DNA of 63,754 nucleotides, counting the filler, from Olpidium bornovanus S191 (lineage: Eukaryota > Fungi > Olpidiomycota): the NCBI GenBank assembly GCA_017911155.1. It is 31 parts of 31 records of this genome, joined end to end, with 100 filler letters (N's around TTAATTAATTAA, not from the genome) between each part and the next. Parts side by side here need not be neighbours in the genome. Positions count along the whole stretch, not along the records: positions 12,307 to 15,682 come from JAEFCI010009742.1; positions 15,783 to 17,062 come from JAEFCI010001046.1; positions 17,163 to 18,777 come from JAEFCI010007082.1; positions 18,878 to 21,049 come from JAEFCI010013223.1; positions 21,150 to 25,522 come from JAEFCI010011118.1; 26 more parts are not named here. One strand, written 5' to 3'. The first letter of the stretch is position 1. The number at the start of each line of letters is the position of its first letter. This document shows positions 12,307-24,445 of this stretch, one piece after another. The notes under the pieces were generated by a model that was not told the DNA's origin, searched no databases, and saw only the letters and a program-made list of their open reading frames with translations. The translations under genes and the position numbers were made by a program.

Positions 12307-13665
12307 CATGCGCATTTTCCGAGCCCCGCTCGTCCGGGTACAGGTCTACTCCGGCCCGGTCGAGTTGTTCCGCGATGTCGAAAGCTGCCGACCGTTCGGC
12401 TTCTGCGTGTGTCCTGCCCCATCCTTGGCCGTGTGCTGAATGGCGCAATTTTTCCGGCCAATACGTCGGAATTTCGATCCTAGCTTCCCAGAACCACTTC
12501 TCGGCGCCCGGCGTCTCCTTTTTCAGGAACTTAAACGGAGGCAACTCTTGTCCAAGCCGCTCAACAGCCGCCTTGACGGTGTCTCGAGCGTTTTCGAGGG
12601 TAACGTTCTGCCTGGAGATTCTCGGCGAGGTGCTGGCATCACGCGACAGCGGCCGAGACTTTGGCGTACCCCCAGCGTCGAGTTGTTGGCCGGAGGGGCG
12701 TCTGCTGCGCTCGAGGCCACTACCTGCCGAACCTTCCTGAGGCTGGTCGAAGCTACCCAGAGGAACGTCGCGTCGCAGCTTGCCGCCGCCCAAAGGAACG
12801 TCGTGCCGCTGCTCAACGCCACCCGGCGGAACGTCGTTCCGCTGGTCGCTTACTTTGGGAACGCGCCGGGTGATGGCAGTTCCGTTTGGCGAAGGCGGGC
12901 GAGGTGGGGCGCCCGCTACGCCCCGAAACTGTTCCGGGCGCCACCGAAACCTGTTGGGACTGCGCAGAGGCTGGCGGTGCCGCTCGGCGCTTCGGGCGAC
13001 CCGACTTCCTCGGCCGCTCGAGAAAGAGTCGTTGTCGTGAGCAGCCGGCGGCCTCCCGCCGGCGCGTTTCGGCCCATCCTCCGGCGGAACGCCCCTTTCC
13101 GCATAAAACGACGGCCGGGGGTCCGGCGCGACACGGCGAACAGGCGATGGGCTGAGCGCGACGCGGCGTGCGGGCGGGGAGCTCATTCGGCGAGGAGGAG
13201 AAGGAGGGGGAAGATGGGGAGGAGGAGCGGGCCTGCCGCGAGGCAACGGCTCGGCGGGGCCGGCACGCGACGACGGCCTCGGGAGGTTCCCGCCGCCGGA
13301 GCCGGGTAGGCACAGGCCGGCGCGCGACGGCGGCCCCGGGCGGTGGGACCCGCCTGCGGAACCGGCGGGGGACGGGCCGGGCACCCTTTCGCGGAACGCG
13401 TCGCGGCGGTCGGAACGGTCTCTGCATTCGGGAGAACTCCGCCACTCGTCGCGATGGTGACGGTGGTAGGCGTTCGGGGCCAACGGCGCCGAGAGCGGAC
13501 CCGCGAGGCCGCGCGGCGGCCCGCGGTGCGACAGCACCGGCGGCGGCGGCGGCGGCGACGGCGGGCGCCTCGCCAGAGGCGGATGGTGTTCGTGGCGCTC
13601 GGGATGGAGGCGGTGACGGGAGGAGAAAGAGAAAGAGTAGCACGGGGCTTGGGAGGGAGAGGCTC

Positions 13666-13708
<43 letters not shown>

Positions 13709-14011
13709 AAGCGGAGCGTGGCTCCGTGCGGCGGCGGGGGCGGCGACGTCGCGCGAGCGGTACGGCGGCGCGGGCGGCGAGCGGCTGCGGTCGAACCTTG
13801 GTCGCTTAAGGTCGTAGGGCGGCCGGTCGTCTCCCCTGCCTTCGGGAGCTCCCGCACGGGCCCCGCCTCCGCCTCCGCTTCCGCCGCCTCCGCTTCCGCC
13901 GCCCCCGCTCCCGCCGCCGCCGCCGCCGCTGCCGCCGCTCTGCTCACGGTGGGGGCGCCTCCTGCCCGCAGCGGGGCCGCCGCCGCTTCTCCGGTCGTCC
14001 GCGGGCCTCAT
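12307..14011 (-). CDS. Protein with a long Gly/Pro/Arg-rich N-terminus and a DHX9/DHX30-type dsRNA-binding domain (3' truncated)
   Basis: The frame is open from the ATG at 14011 to the contig end. It ends in NVTLENARDTVKAAVERLG...FWEARIEIPTYWP...GQGWGRTHAEAERSAAFDIAEQLDRAGV, an alpha-beta-beta-beta-alpha dsRBD pattern. Confidence 0.6.
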
Positions 14012-15782
14012 GCGACGGTTTTTCTTTTCTTTTTCCTCTTCTCGCGTTCGGCCGTTTGGGGGTTCGGAAAAAAAGGGACGGGAGGACGAAGAAAAAGAAG
14101 AACAAAAAAAAAAAAAAAAAAGGAGGAAAGGAGGAAATGCGAAGGAGGGCGACGGCGGAGCTTCTCGTTCTTTCGTGCCTGGGCCGTTCGATGCGCTACG
14201 ACCTCGAATAACCTCCTCCTCAGAGGAGCCTCCGAACGGGTATATCGAGGAGCGCAGTAAAATGAAATGAAAGAGGGCCGACATCAAAACGGCCCCCGGC
14301 GGCGGCGTCCGTCGAAGACCTCGCCGGGAAGCCCTGTGGGACAAGTCACGGGTGTAGAGAAGGAGTGCAGCTCTCACCCGTTGCGTGCGGTGAGGGAAGA
14401 ACCACGTGGGGAGCGGAGAGAAAAAAAAATCCCTTCCGTCTGTTCAGCGGTGGTTAGTGTTGCTATAACGTGTCGCGTTCATGTTGCAGGCGACGCCGTG
14501 TCGGCTGGTGTTCACAGCTTATTTCAATCGCGGCGCGCTGATCTTTGTGAACAAGCCTCCAGTGGCCGGTGGGATTTGGGCAAACGGTTTTGTGAAAAGG
14601 TCCGCACAGTTCTCAGGGGAGGAGATACGTGTCACGAGGATCTCCGTTTTGAGTAGCTTATGCGTGAAGAAAACTTAGGCACAATGTGCTTCGTCCTGCC
14701 ACCTAAATGTAGCTTTCATGGATCTTTCGCATGACAGGCTCATTGTCTTCAAAGAACATAGTTGGGCGTTCAGCCAGAACAGTTATCACAGCTGTAGTGA
14801 GTTTTTCTACTGATCCCAGCCACACGCGCGCATGCGGCTACTCCCAGTTCTCTTCCACAGAACCGGCGAAGGCCGTGGTGGGAGTAATATAAAAGAAAAA
14901 AAGCCGCAGACGGCCATCAGGCGCCATGAAAAACGTGGCGATGCGCCTTTCAGCCGAGCACGTACCACCTCGGCCAAACTCGGTACCGCGACAGCGTTAG
15001 TGCTAGCCTGCGGCGTCTTCCGGAAGTTGTTTCCGTTGTCGTTTCAGTGCGTGACAAACTCCGGTTTGGCGTGGTTGCGGCGTGAACACGTCATATTGTA
15101 CAGGGGACGATGTTATGGTTTGGGCTGGTGTAACCGTACAGTAAACTGGAATCAGAGCCGCAAAAACGTAACGTGCGAGACACGGTCGTGGCGGCTTGTC
15201 AAATGGAGACGCATCGCCCTCGTCTGTTTTTCTTTCTTTTTTTTCCCCCCCTTCCCCCGACAACTGCGGCCGTGTCTGGAATTTTTAGTTGATAGACTTT
15301 GCCCGCTGCTTGGCAGGGCTGGCGGCGCCACTCCGACCCGCGGACTCATGGAGCGCGTGGAACATCTCAGGATACGAGGGCTTCCCCGGCAACTGTTTCA
15401 GGACTGCAGCGGAGACATGGTTCTCCCGTCAGCAGTGGATAATAACCCAGTCGCTAAGCTGCAGAGTTGACCGGAGGAGACGGAATGTGACAACGATGAC
15501 TTAACTGGAGTCAAGCGCGAATTCGATCAGGCACCTGTTCTTGATGAGAGACAACTTCGGCCATGTTGACTGTTCTCCCTTTAGCATCCAGTAATCCAGG
15601 ACCTCTTTGGTCGGGTTGGAAAACATAATCCTGCCGTCCTAATGGTATTAAAGGCAAAGGCAGAAAGTCAATTCGCACGACCNNNNNNNNNNNNNNNNNN
15701 NNNNNNNNNNNNNNNNNNNNNNNNNNTTAATTAATTAANNNNNNNNNNNNNNNNNNNNNNNNNNNNNNNNNNNNNNNNNNNN

Positions 15783-15850
15783 CATGGTGAAGTGGCTAAC
15801 ACGCCTCCCTCCGGAGGAGGAGATCCCCGGTTCAATCCCGGGTGTGCTCG
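15783..15850 (+). tRNA. tRNA-Arg(CCG), first about 5 nt cut off by the contig start
   Basis: CA-TG-GTGAAGTGGCTAACAC-G-CCTCC-CTCCGGA-GGAGG-AGATC-CCCGG-TTCAATC-CCGGG-TGTGCTC-G. The anticodon and T stems are perfect; the anticodon is CCG. Confidence 0.85.
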
Positions 15851-16815
15851 CATTCGATAATAAGTGCTGAAAAGTGCGCCCCTTTTATTTTTCATCGATC
15901 TCAATTTTTTTTCAAAAAAAGAAAACAAAGCGAGCTCGCGCCTGTTCGTCGGCCCGGGGCGCCTTCGGCGGCAAGCCGCATTACTGGTGGTAAACAAACA
16001 ATAATACATATAAACGCGGTCGATATTAGCTTTTTCTTTTTTCCCCCTCTCCGGCCCGCCCGCTGCGCCCTCTTTCTCTCCCCGTTGGCAAATTAGCCAA
16101 CATCCATGTCTCTCCGCCGTTGGAGAGAAGCTCGTATGATACTTCTCGTACTGCGTTTGCCGGTTCTGCAGCCGCTACCCGCGACCAGGGGGGGGGGAGG
16201 AGGAGGGAAAAGAAAAACTTGAGGTCTTTCGGATCGTTTTTGTCCCGGAGAGCTGGGGAAAACGGGCAGGGGCCGGGGAAGAAAACGCGTCGAGGGTTGC
16301 CGGAGGGAAGAGGGGAAGGGGAGGGGGAGAAGGGGGGGGAGGGGAGGAGGGAACGAAAGGGCGGCGAGAGAGGGAAGTGGGAGGAGAGAGGCTTCCGCTC
16401 CCCGCGATCGCACCACCCGCGAGCAAACAGGCCCACAGAACATCCTCGAAGTGGCAACGGCTCCAGCGCGCAAATTCTCCCTCAACAAAACAAAAATAAA
16501 GTACCTCCCCCCTCCTCCCGGGTTTATTCCAAACGGAGCTTCGATGAACGGTCGCATATATATATACACCCGAGTGCAGCCGCTTTGGGGCGGCTTCCCG
16601 CCAGTGTCCGCTAGCCGAAAGGTCCGTCCGACTGACATGGGCTCAAAAGAATACGGACATGGAACGCGGGCGGGGGAGGCGCAACAGCCAGAAATTCCGA
16701 GGCGGGGCTGGAGAGCGCACGGCGTAACATTATTTTTTTTTGGTCGTTTTCTTTCTCGAAAGTCCCGGAGGCGACTGTCGCGCGAAATGCCATGGTGACG
16801 CCGGGCCCGCCCCGG

Positions 16816-17062
16816 TTACTCCAGGGTAAAATCGAACTCCGAGAACGCTCTCTTGAACGCATCCGTGTCCGCGGTCTCGCCTTTGGTGTCCTTGGCGCAG
16901 TCGTGCCAATTCGCGCGGTCGGGATCATCGAGTACTCTCGCCATGACTTGCCTGGTCGCGGCAGGCCAAAAAAAAAAAAAAATCGACTTTCTCCACGTGG
17001 ATCGGCGGGGCGTAAAACGACGAAAAGCGCTCACCTCCCGAACTGAGCATTAAACCTGCTTC
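16816..17062 (-). CDS. CWF19-like 1 / Drn1 (CwfJ family) C-terminus; exons 17035-17062 and 16816-16951
   Basis: SRFNAQFGR/QVMARVLDDPDRANWHDCAKDTKGETADTDAFKRAFSEFDFTLE-stop matches the CwfJ_C_2 end (QFGREVLA..PD..DW..C....F...F..FDFTL). Confidence 0.8.
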
Positions 17063-17258
17063 NNNNNNNNNNNNNNNNNNNNNNNNNNNNNNNNNNNNNN
17101 NNNNNNTTAATTAATTAANNNNNNNNNNNNNNNNNNNNNNNNNNNNNNNNNNNNNNNNNNNNATTCGGGGTACACAGACGCTTGGGCCACGCAGTGCCTC
17201 GAAAAAACCCGGGGACAACTATCCGCGAAGTTAATTTGGGGAGCCAAGGGAGACGTAC

Positions 17259-18349
17259 CATCGTCTCGCACGTCCCGATCATGGTAATTCCGAGCAGCAT
17301 GTTGTTGCATATCTTAGCTGCCTGGCCTTTGCCGGGCCCGCCGCAGTGCACGAGGTTTTTTCCCATGCGGCGGAGCCACGGCTTAGCCCTTAAGTAGTCC
17401 GCCTCGGTCTCGGCACCGACCATAAAGGTGAGGGTTCCTGCCTCCGCGCCAACCGTCCCTGGAGGCACGAGCATTGCGTTGCGTGTGTTCAGCGTCACGG
17501 TTTAGCACAACATATTATTTCGCACTCCCGGGTCCCTACCGGGGGGGGGCCACTGAACCCACTGGAACAAGGCAAATCAAGCACGATGCACCTCCGCCAC
17601 ACCTCCGGAGACCGGCGCGTCGAGTCCGACGCTGCCGGATCTCTTGATCTTCTTGACAACGTGCTCGGCAACATCCGGGTCAATCGTGCTGCAGTCGACG
17701 ACAAGCGAACCGCTCTTCAGCCCCTCGAGCACGCCCTTCGGTCCCTCGTAGACGTTAAGGACGTGTTTGGACGCCGGGAGCATGGAAATGACGACGTCGC
17801 AGCGCTCAGCCAGTTCAGCTGGCGACCCGGCCACGTGTACCTCCGGGATCGGCTCGTCTACGGCGTCTGCGGCAAGCCGGGGAGACCTGGAGGCGGCGAA
17901 CTTCTCCAATGCTGCCGGTGACGCGTCGAACACAACCATCCGGCATCTGGAGTTGTGGCGAAGGTTTGTTGCCATGGGAAAGCCCATCTGGCCGAGTCCG
18001 ATAAAGCCCACCGTCACCTCCTTGCGAAAACGTATAACAAAAAAGGGGGCCAAGACCGAGTCAGTGGCTGCCGGGAACGGAGATTTGATCATTTGTTCGA
18101 GGCGGCGTTCTCACCCGTGAAACTGTTAACGCGAGGCGGCTACCGATCAGCTGGCGATACAAAGCCGCGGCGATGAGTTGGAATGACGTCCAGATGAAGT
18201 CAGATCTCACCTTGCTTGTCGGCACCGCAGTCCGTGTGCTGCTGACGCCAAGCGCGGTTGTAGCTCGCGGCCGCGGCACTCCATGCTGGCTTCACAGGTG
18301 CTCTCGCGCCGCGTCGGGCAACGGCGGGCAACATGGACAGCGGGGGCAT
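17259..18349 (-). CDS. Mitochondrial 3-hydroxyisobutyrate dehydrogenase, 5' part
   Basis: Arg/Ala-rich presequence, VGFIGLGQMGFPMATNL, DCSTIDP, LDAPVSG/GTVGAEAGTLTFMVG, GQAAKICNNMLLGI. Confidence 0.93.
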
Positions 18350-20039
18350 TTTTTTTCCTTTTTTTTCGTTTTTTTTCTTTTGTCCTTTTGTTCCTTGTTG
18401 GTTTAAAAAATCTGCCCTGGTGGCGTTCAGCTTGCGGTTGAAGCAAATTGCCATTTTAGCAGACAAGAAAAGGACCCGGACTTTCATCCACGCCGATCCG
18501 GTCGTTAGACACAGGCGCTCCCCAACTATCCTGTAATTATTTTGCAGGCCGCCTATCCCCTCTTTAAGTTATTCCTGAGATTTACGTGCATTGGTGCCAA
18601 AAATGATGATCAAGGTATGAGCCTACTTAGTGTGAGGAAGGGGAAGGGCAATGAGAGATTGTGGCGCGCTCCAGTTTATCGCTTTGCCGCCACCGAGAGA
18701 GAACCGGAAGGATTGGTGCACTAAGGAGCGGCCGGCGGTTGCCTTGCACGTCGACGCGTCGATCGTTTCCGACATGCNNNNNNNNNNNNNNNNNNNNNNN
18801 NNNNNNNNNNNNNNNNNNNNNTTAATTAATTAANNNNNNNNNNNNNNNNNNNNNNNNNNNNNNNNNNNNNNNNNNNNAATATCTTGCGCTATAATTATTT
18901 GAGTTTTAAACACCAGATTATCGGGGGACTATGCATATGCTGGGCATCATTCTAAACCTTTCACTGCAAAGCCGCAATTTGTATGAAGCAGTTTCATGGG
19001 GATCTACAAAGAGGGAGGAAACTAATACATCTGTGAATCACTCGGAGGCCATTTCCCTGCGTAAGGAATCGAATGAGCTAAGTTTTTATATGGTCTGTCT
19101 ACCAGCACGTCACAAGTGCGCGATGATGCTTTAGCCGTTCTCTATGAGGTCAAAAAAGCACGCATCACATAGATGTAACGCCGAGTACATCAAAAGAGAA
19201 CAGCCGCATTGCACCAAACGTCTTCAGCAGCCCACCAGGTGTTTGGCAAGGAGGTTAACTCGCGAAACGTCATATCGGCTGGGAACCGCGCAGGTCTCTT
19301 TGCCAAAGTGGCCTTTCATGACACACATTGGGAGTTAACTAGAACCGCCGGCGTGCAAAATTTTGCGGAGTTTTTTTTTTTACACAGTCCGACGTCTTCA
19401 TAGATGAGAAGATGCTCCCGAAGGGAGCAGCAGTCTCCCACGTTTGGAGGTGATATGCACGTAGTCCAAATGTGCATCTGAATATGCCAAATCTGAATGT
19501 TTTTGCCACGCCGGGGAGTTTTCCATGGAGATGATGACTGCCAGGATCTGCACTCATTTCCTCAACGACAGGTGCGAGGGCGTGAGGTTTGATGAGACAA
19601 AACCAACCTCGGAAAACCGACAGCTCCTCCGCTGTCATCAAGCAGATCCTGGCGGTCCTGCTTCTACGCCATCAAGCTGGCAGGCACTGCCTTTATCTAC
19701 GAGGGCGGCGTTGACGAGTGTGCGAGCGCACCGCCGCGATACAAGACGAATGTGGGAAGAGAGCTTGAATGAGGACCGGGGTGGTGGGAGGGGGGAGTAA
19801 CAGTGATTCTCTGATTTTCTCCCCTTTCTCCCCGTCCACTCCCCGCCCCGTTATGAGAGGGAAAAAAAAAAAAAAAAAAAAAAACCCCGGCCAACCGACC
19901 CCGCGTTGCCTACTTCCGACTGGCTTCCGATCTCCGCCTACGTCACCGCGCTGGCCTGGCCGCCGGCGCAACGCTCGCCTTCCGCTGCCCCCGCGCCCGT
20001 CACGCCAGCTCCGCCTCCCCTCCTCGTCCCCGGGCGCGC

Positions 20040-21049
20040 ATGGCTTCGCCGCCGCCCGAGCTCGCTGCCGCGGGAGCCCTCGTCGACGACTACAGCACCT
20101 TTCACCACAACAACCGCTCGCCGGCTCTGCTGTCCGATGACGTCGCGGGCTTCGTCTCGACCGCCGCTTCAGCGACGAGGCTGTCTCTCAAGGCTACCCA
20201 CGCCCTGACGGACCTCGTGTTCGACGCGGCAAAGTACACCACCTCTGCTTCGCTGGGCGTTTCCCGCCGCGCCTTGGTGCACGCCGTTTCCACCGCCTTG
20301 CACCTGCACGCGCTTGGGACGACGAGGGGCCAAACGCGTCGCGACGTCAGGTGGGTGTGCGACGCTGACTTGCCGGCGCGATTACTCTTCGGCCAAACGT
20401 GAACGACTTACCGTTAAGACGCACTTGCCCCCAAATGGCCGCCGGACCCGGCTTGTCTTGCCGTCTGTTAGCGACGCCTTCGTGCGTGCTCTCGAGAAGT
20501 ACACAATGTATAGCATTAAACTTATTCATCACACCTTTTCCCTAGCGGAACTTTTTGCGCTAGCTGGCGTGCAGCTGACTTCGCGTTTCGTGGCCAGCGG
20601 ACTGGCGGTATATGACCATAAAATGCTTTTTTTTTTTCTTTACTGTTGTTCGGCGGAGATACTTTAGCTGTTTCGCTGACGGAAACATTTTTACTCTTGC
20701 AGGCGGCCGAGGGTTCTGTCCGTATGGTCGACGGGATATTTGGTCGCACGGAAACCTCCAGAGCACTGGCTGCGGTGGTCCACCTGGTGCGGAAGGAAAT
20801 CTACGAGGACGAGGATTTCCAGCCGCTGGCGTCGATGGGGAAGCTCTCCGTGCTGGCGCGGATTGCAAAAGCCCTCACCGCGTACGCGTGTCTGCAGAAC
20901 GCGACGCACGCAAGATCCATGAACCGCGTGCGGATGACGCTGCTTTACAGGGCAGAGGTTGCCCTAGGAGATTGCGGATACGAGCGAGCAAAGCCCGCGG
21001 CGAGCAGCCCGAAGGACTTTTGTTGCGGTGAAGAGAAGTCAGGGACATG
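20040..21049 (+). CDS. Fungal lipase class 3 / DAG-lipase-like protein, N-terminal region; exons 20040-20350, 20472-20607, 20703-21049
   Basis: TRLSLKAT...AKYTTSASLGVSRRAL, LEKYT..IKLIHHTFSLAELFALAG, AAEGSVRMVDGIFGRTETSRALAA, KALTAYACLQ resemble the conserved N-terminus of this fungal family. The catalytic domain is not on the contig. Confidence 0.6.
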
Positions 21050-21898
21050 NNNNNNNNNNNNNNNNNNNNNNNNNNNNNNNNNNNNNNNNNNNNTTAATTA
21101 ATTAANNNNNNNNNNNNNNNNNNNNNNNNNNNNNNNNNNNNNNNNNNNNCATGCGTCCTCGGTGCTCTTCCTTCGCTGCTGTGTCAACCTTCCAGTCGAG
21201 GCTATCGTAGGTCAGGCCCGTTATGCAATCGTCTGAGTCCCTCGTGAAGGTCTCCTGAAACAGAATGAGGGCGTTAAGTGGGTCGCATTCGCACTCAAGC
21301 AGCCTGCAGAGCTGGCGGTAGTCTTCGGACTCGGGGAATCCGGGCGGCTCAAATTGGCCGGTCTTGTGCACGATGGTCTTGCCGAAGTTTTTCGAAGCCT
21401 CCGACATGAGCCAAATCTTCTAAGCTCTTGCAGTCCATCCGGCCCTGAGTACTTCGCGCCAAAACCCGAGAGCCTCATGGTTGTTCGAACGTTGGACCCG
21501 TCGGGCGAGGAACTGCTTGGCCCTGTCAGAGTTTCGAAATCAGCCATCCTTGTGCGATCCGCCTAGCCTCCTCTGACGGTCAGGTTGATGCCCCTGCCGT
21601 AGAGGTCTTCCTTCCGGATTACTAGGTTGTGTACGTGCTCACGGGACTCGAAGTAGGTTGGGCGCTCGGAAAAGGAGAAAAGGGGAAAACGGGGAGGGAC
21701 CCCCCGGAAGGGAAGACCGCGACGCGCCAGACGGCGAGAGAGAGAGCAGCACAAACCAAACGTACGCCGCCCCGGCCCCCGTTCCCGGTTGTCAGATTGC
21801 CCTCACCCTCCCTTGTCTCCGTCTCGTTTCGTTTCGCCGCCCGAGTGGGGGCAGCGGCCGCGGGGTCCTCCTCAACAAGCAAACGGCCCGCGCGCACG

Positions 21899-22338
21899 AT
21901 GATGCGTCCACGCCCGCGCGCAGAGTCCGGCGGGGAGCGCCGGGAGCAAGCCTTTTTCTCCGCCGACGCGCTGGCGCTGCCAATGCCCGCGTCGCGGGAG
22001 GCGGCGCACGGAGAGTACGAGCGGTGGTTCAGGCGGACCGCCGAGGTTCTGCTCGGCGACGCGCTGCTCCTCGTCGCCGGCCGGCCGCACCGGCTGCTCG
22101 AGGTCGAATTCTACCTGCGCGACCCCGCGGGCGGGTACGACGACCCGTTCGCGCACGGCGACCCGCAGCAGGCCAAGTGCGGAGAGTGAGTCCCTGCGGC
22201 CTCCTGCTTGCTCGACGACCGCGCCCGCCGCCGGTTCCCGCCCGGCAGCTTCGACGCCCGCGCGCGTGGCGCTGTGTGTGCGCGTGTGTGTTGCCGCGGA
22301 AAAGGGCCGGGGCCGGCGAAGTTTTTGTCCGGCAAAAA

Positions 22339-22372
<34 letters not shown>

Positions 22373-23385
22373 CCCCCCCCCCCTCCCCCCCCCCCCCCAC
22401 AACCCCCCGCCGCTCCCGCGCCTGCTGAAATTCTTGGATCACACCGCTCGAAAAAAAAAAACAGGTGGTACTTCCACAAAGTCGGGACGGGGTACCGAGG
22501 CGGGACCAGAAAAGGAGTCGACCTGACTTTCGGCTCCGCTTCGCCCCGGGAGCGAAGAGGCGGCGTGCTGATCCGCTCGATATGCGACGTCGAGTCCAAC
22601 GCGGTGATCGAAGGCCCGTCGCTCGTCGTGGACCACCTGCTCAAAGGGTGCGCAGCCGCATCTGTGCGCTCGCTGGTGGACGACGCGCTGGGCGGCGCGC
22701 CCGACGCGCTGGGCGGGGGCAAGCTGCTCCGTTTGGAGTCTGGGTCGCGTCGGAGCTTCTCTGCGGCCGCGGCCGCGGCCGCGTTGCCGGAACCGAAGAA
22801 AAGGAAATTGTGCGGTTCCTTTGACGCCGCGGCGGGCGTGTACTCGAGCCCGAGAGTGGGCCTCGTCCTCAGGCGTTCCGCGGACGGTGAAGTCTTGCGC
22901 GACCGGTGCGCTTATTTTGCGAAGGTCGGAGCACCCCGCCGGGGGTCTGCGGTTCTCTCGCCTGGGTCACGCCGGAGGTTTCCACTCTGACGCGTCTTTC
23001 GCATCCTGCACAGCGGTGTCGGTTCTTCACGAACCCCCGCCAGCTTCGGAAAACGCCCGCGCTGAACGCGATGGGCGTCTTAGAATCCTTGTCTCGTGAA
23101 CCCGGCCCGACCGGCTCCTTGCCGGTCGAGCTCGCGTGCGAGGCTTGCGGCATCAAGCCTGGCACCGTCGAGCGCTGCATGGATCTACCCGAGTTGTCTG
23201 CAGACGAGTGTCGCAAGTATCTCAACTCCGAGACGTCAGGAGGGAAAACGATTTCGAGCGCGACTGCCAAAGGCGCCACGGCAATATTGGTCATAGACAG
23301 GTGGCTTCGCGAGGACCTCTCAGAAAGCCGCGGAGCAGCACCGTTGGCCCCTTCGACGCGACGCGGAGACATACCATTCGACTGA
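21899..23385 (+). CDS. Divergent AAG/MPG (methylpurine-DNA glycosylase)-fold protein; exons 21899-22185, 22465-22924, 23014-23385
   Basis: HRLLEVEFYL..DDPFAHG, WYFHKVGTGYRGGTRKGVDLTFG, GGVLIRSI, IEGPSLVVDHLL and SSPRVGL parallel the AAG motifs IVETEAY..D.A.H, VLIRA, GPGKL and PRIGI. Introns are in phase. Confidence 0.65.
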
Positions 23386-23388
23386 CTC

Positions 23389-23692
23389 GTCGTTGTCGAC
23401 TCAACTCGTCAACGGCAACTCGCCGGTCAACGGGCTACCCACCTGTCGCTGGAGCCATTTCCGTCACCCAGCATCTGTCCACGTCGATGTCGTTGGCGAC
23501 TCAACTCGTCAACGGCAACTCGCCTGTCAACGGGCTACCCCACCTGTCGCTGGAGCCATTTCCGTTACCCAGCATCTGTCCACGTCGACGTCGTTGGCGA
23601 CTCAACTCGTCAACGGCAACTCGCCGTTCAACTGGCTACCCACCAGTCGCTGCAGCCATCTCCGTCACCCAGCATCTGTCCTCGTCGACGTC
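23389..23692. repeat. Tandem minisatellite, three copies of a 100-101 bp unit
   Basis: TCAACTCGTCAACGGCAACTCGCC starts at 23401, 23501 and 23602, with high identity between copies. Confidence 0.92.
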
Positions 23693-24445
23693 TCCATCGA
23701 CCACATCTGTCAAAGTCAAACGTCCACGTTTGGCAAAACGGTCCCTCGCCTCCTCGCTTACTTCGGGTAAACCGGCAACTAAAATAGAAGACAAAACCTC
23801 TACAAAGTGCGGAGATTTCTGATGACCCCACCTTTCGTACTTTTGCGACCGCCCGCCGCATCCCCCCGCCCCTCGTTCGTCGCCGAAGGATACTACTCGC
23901 CTTCCTGTGAAAACCTCGTTTTTTGCCCCCCCCCTGCCGTCGGCGAACACACTTTTTGTCGCCACCGGGTAGGTACTTCCGTTGCCCGGCCGTCGGCGCT
24001 CCGCTTAAATCTTGTTTGCTGAAGAAAGCAGATGTCTGACCAATCCGACCCCCCCGCGACCGCTCGCGGGCGTGTAATTCAGCGACTGCTTAACTGCGCA
24101 AAATCAACCGTCGAGTCACCGGGCCCCAACGAAAATGCCCCGCAGCAATAGGCGTGTCGTGTTTGTGTGGTTGTGTGGGTGTGTGGGTGCGCGCCCGGGC
24201 GTGCGTGCGTGGGCGCGCGCGCGCGTTTGTGGTTGTCTGCGTGTCTGTGTCTGCGTGTATCTGTTGCGGACAGTGAAATCCGCAGCCTTGGATCCCAGTC
24301 ACCTTTTGCACCGCAGTTGGGTGGCTGGGCAGGAAAAGGCGAGCCCCGGGCGCAGAGCTGCAAAGTATTTTTTTTCAGTTTACGTGACAGGGCGAAGGAG
24401 ACAAAAGGAATGGGATGGGTTTACACCTAAAACGACTGGAGCGAT

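Noticed and set aside
12440-14260. Long plus-strand and alternative-frame ORFs overlapping the dsRBD gene
   Set aside because: These are shadow ORFs expected in very GC-rich, stop-poor DNA. They are Arg/Ala/Gly-rich with no domain signal.
19339-19641. LIKPHA motif suggesting a nucleoside diphosphate kinase domain
   Set aside because: No other NDK motif follows, and the splice structure could not be resolved.
23389-23692. Regular repeat as a CRISPR-like array
   Set aside because: The copies are contiguous and nearly identical with no unique spacers, and the context is eukaryotic.
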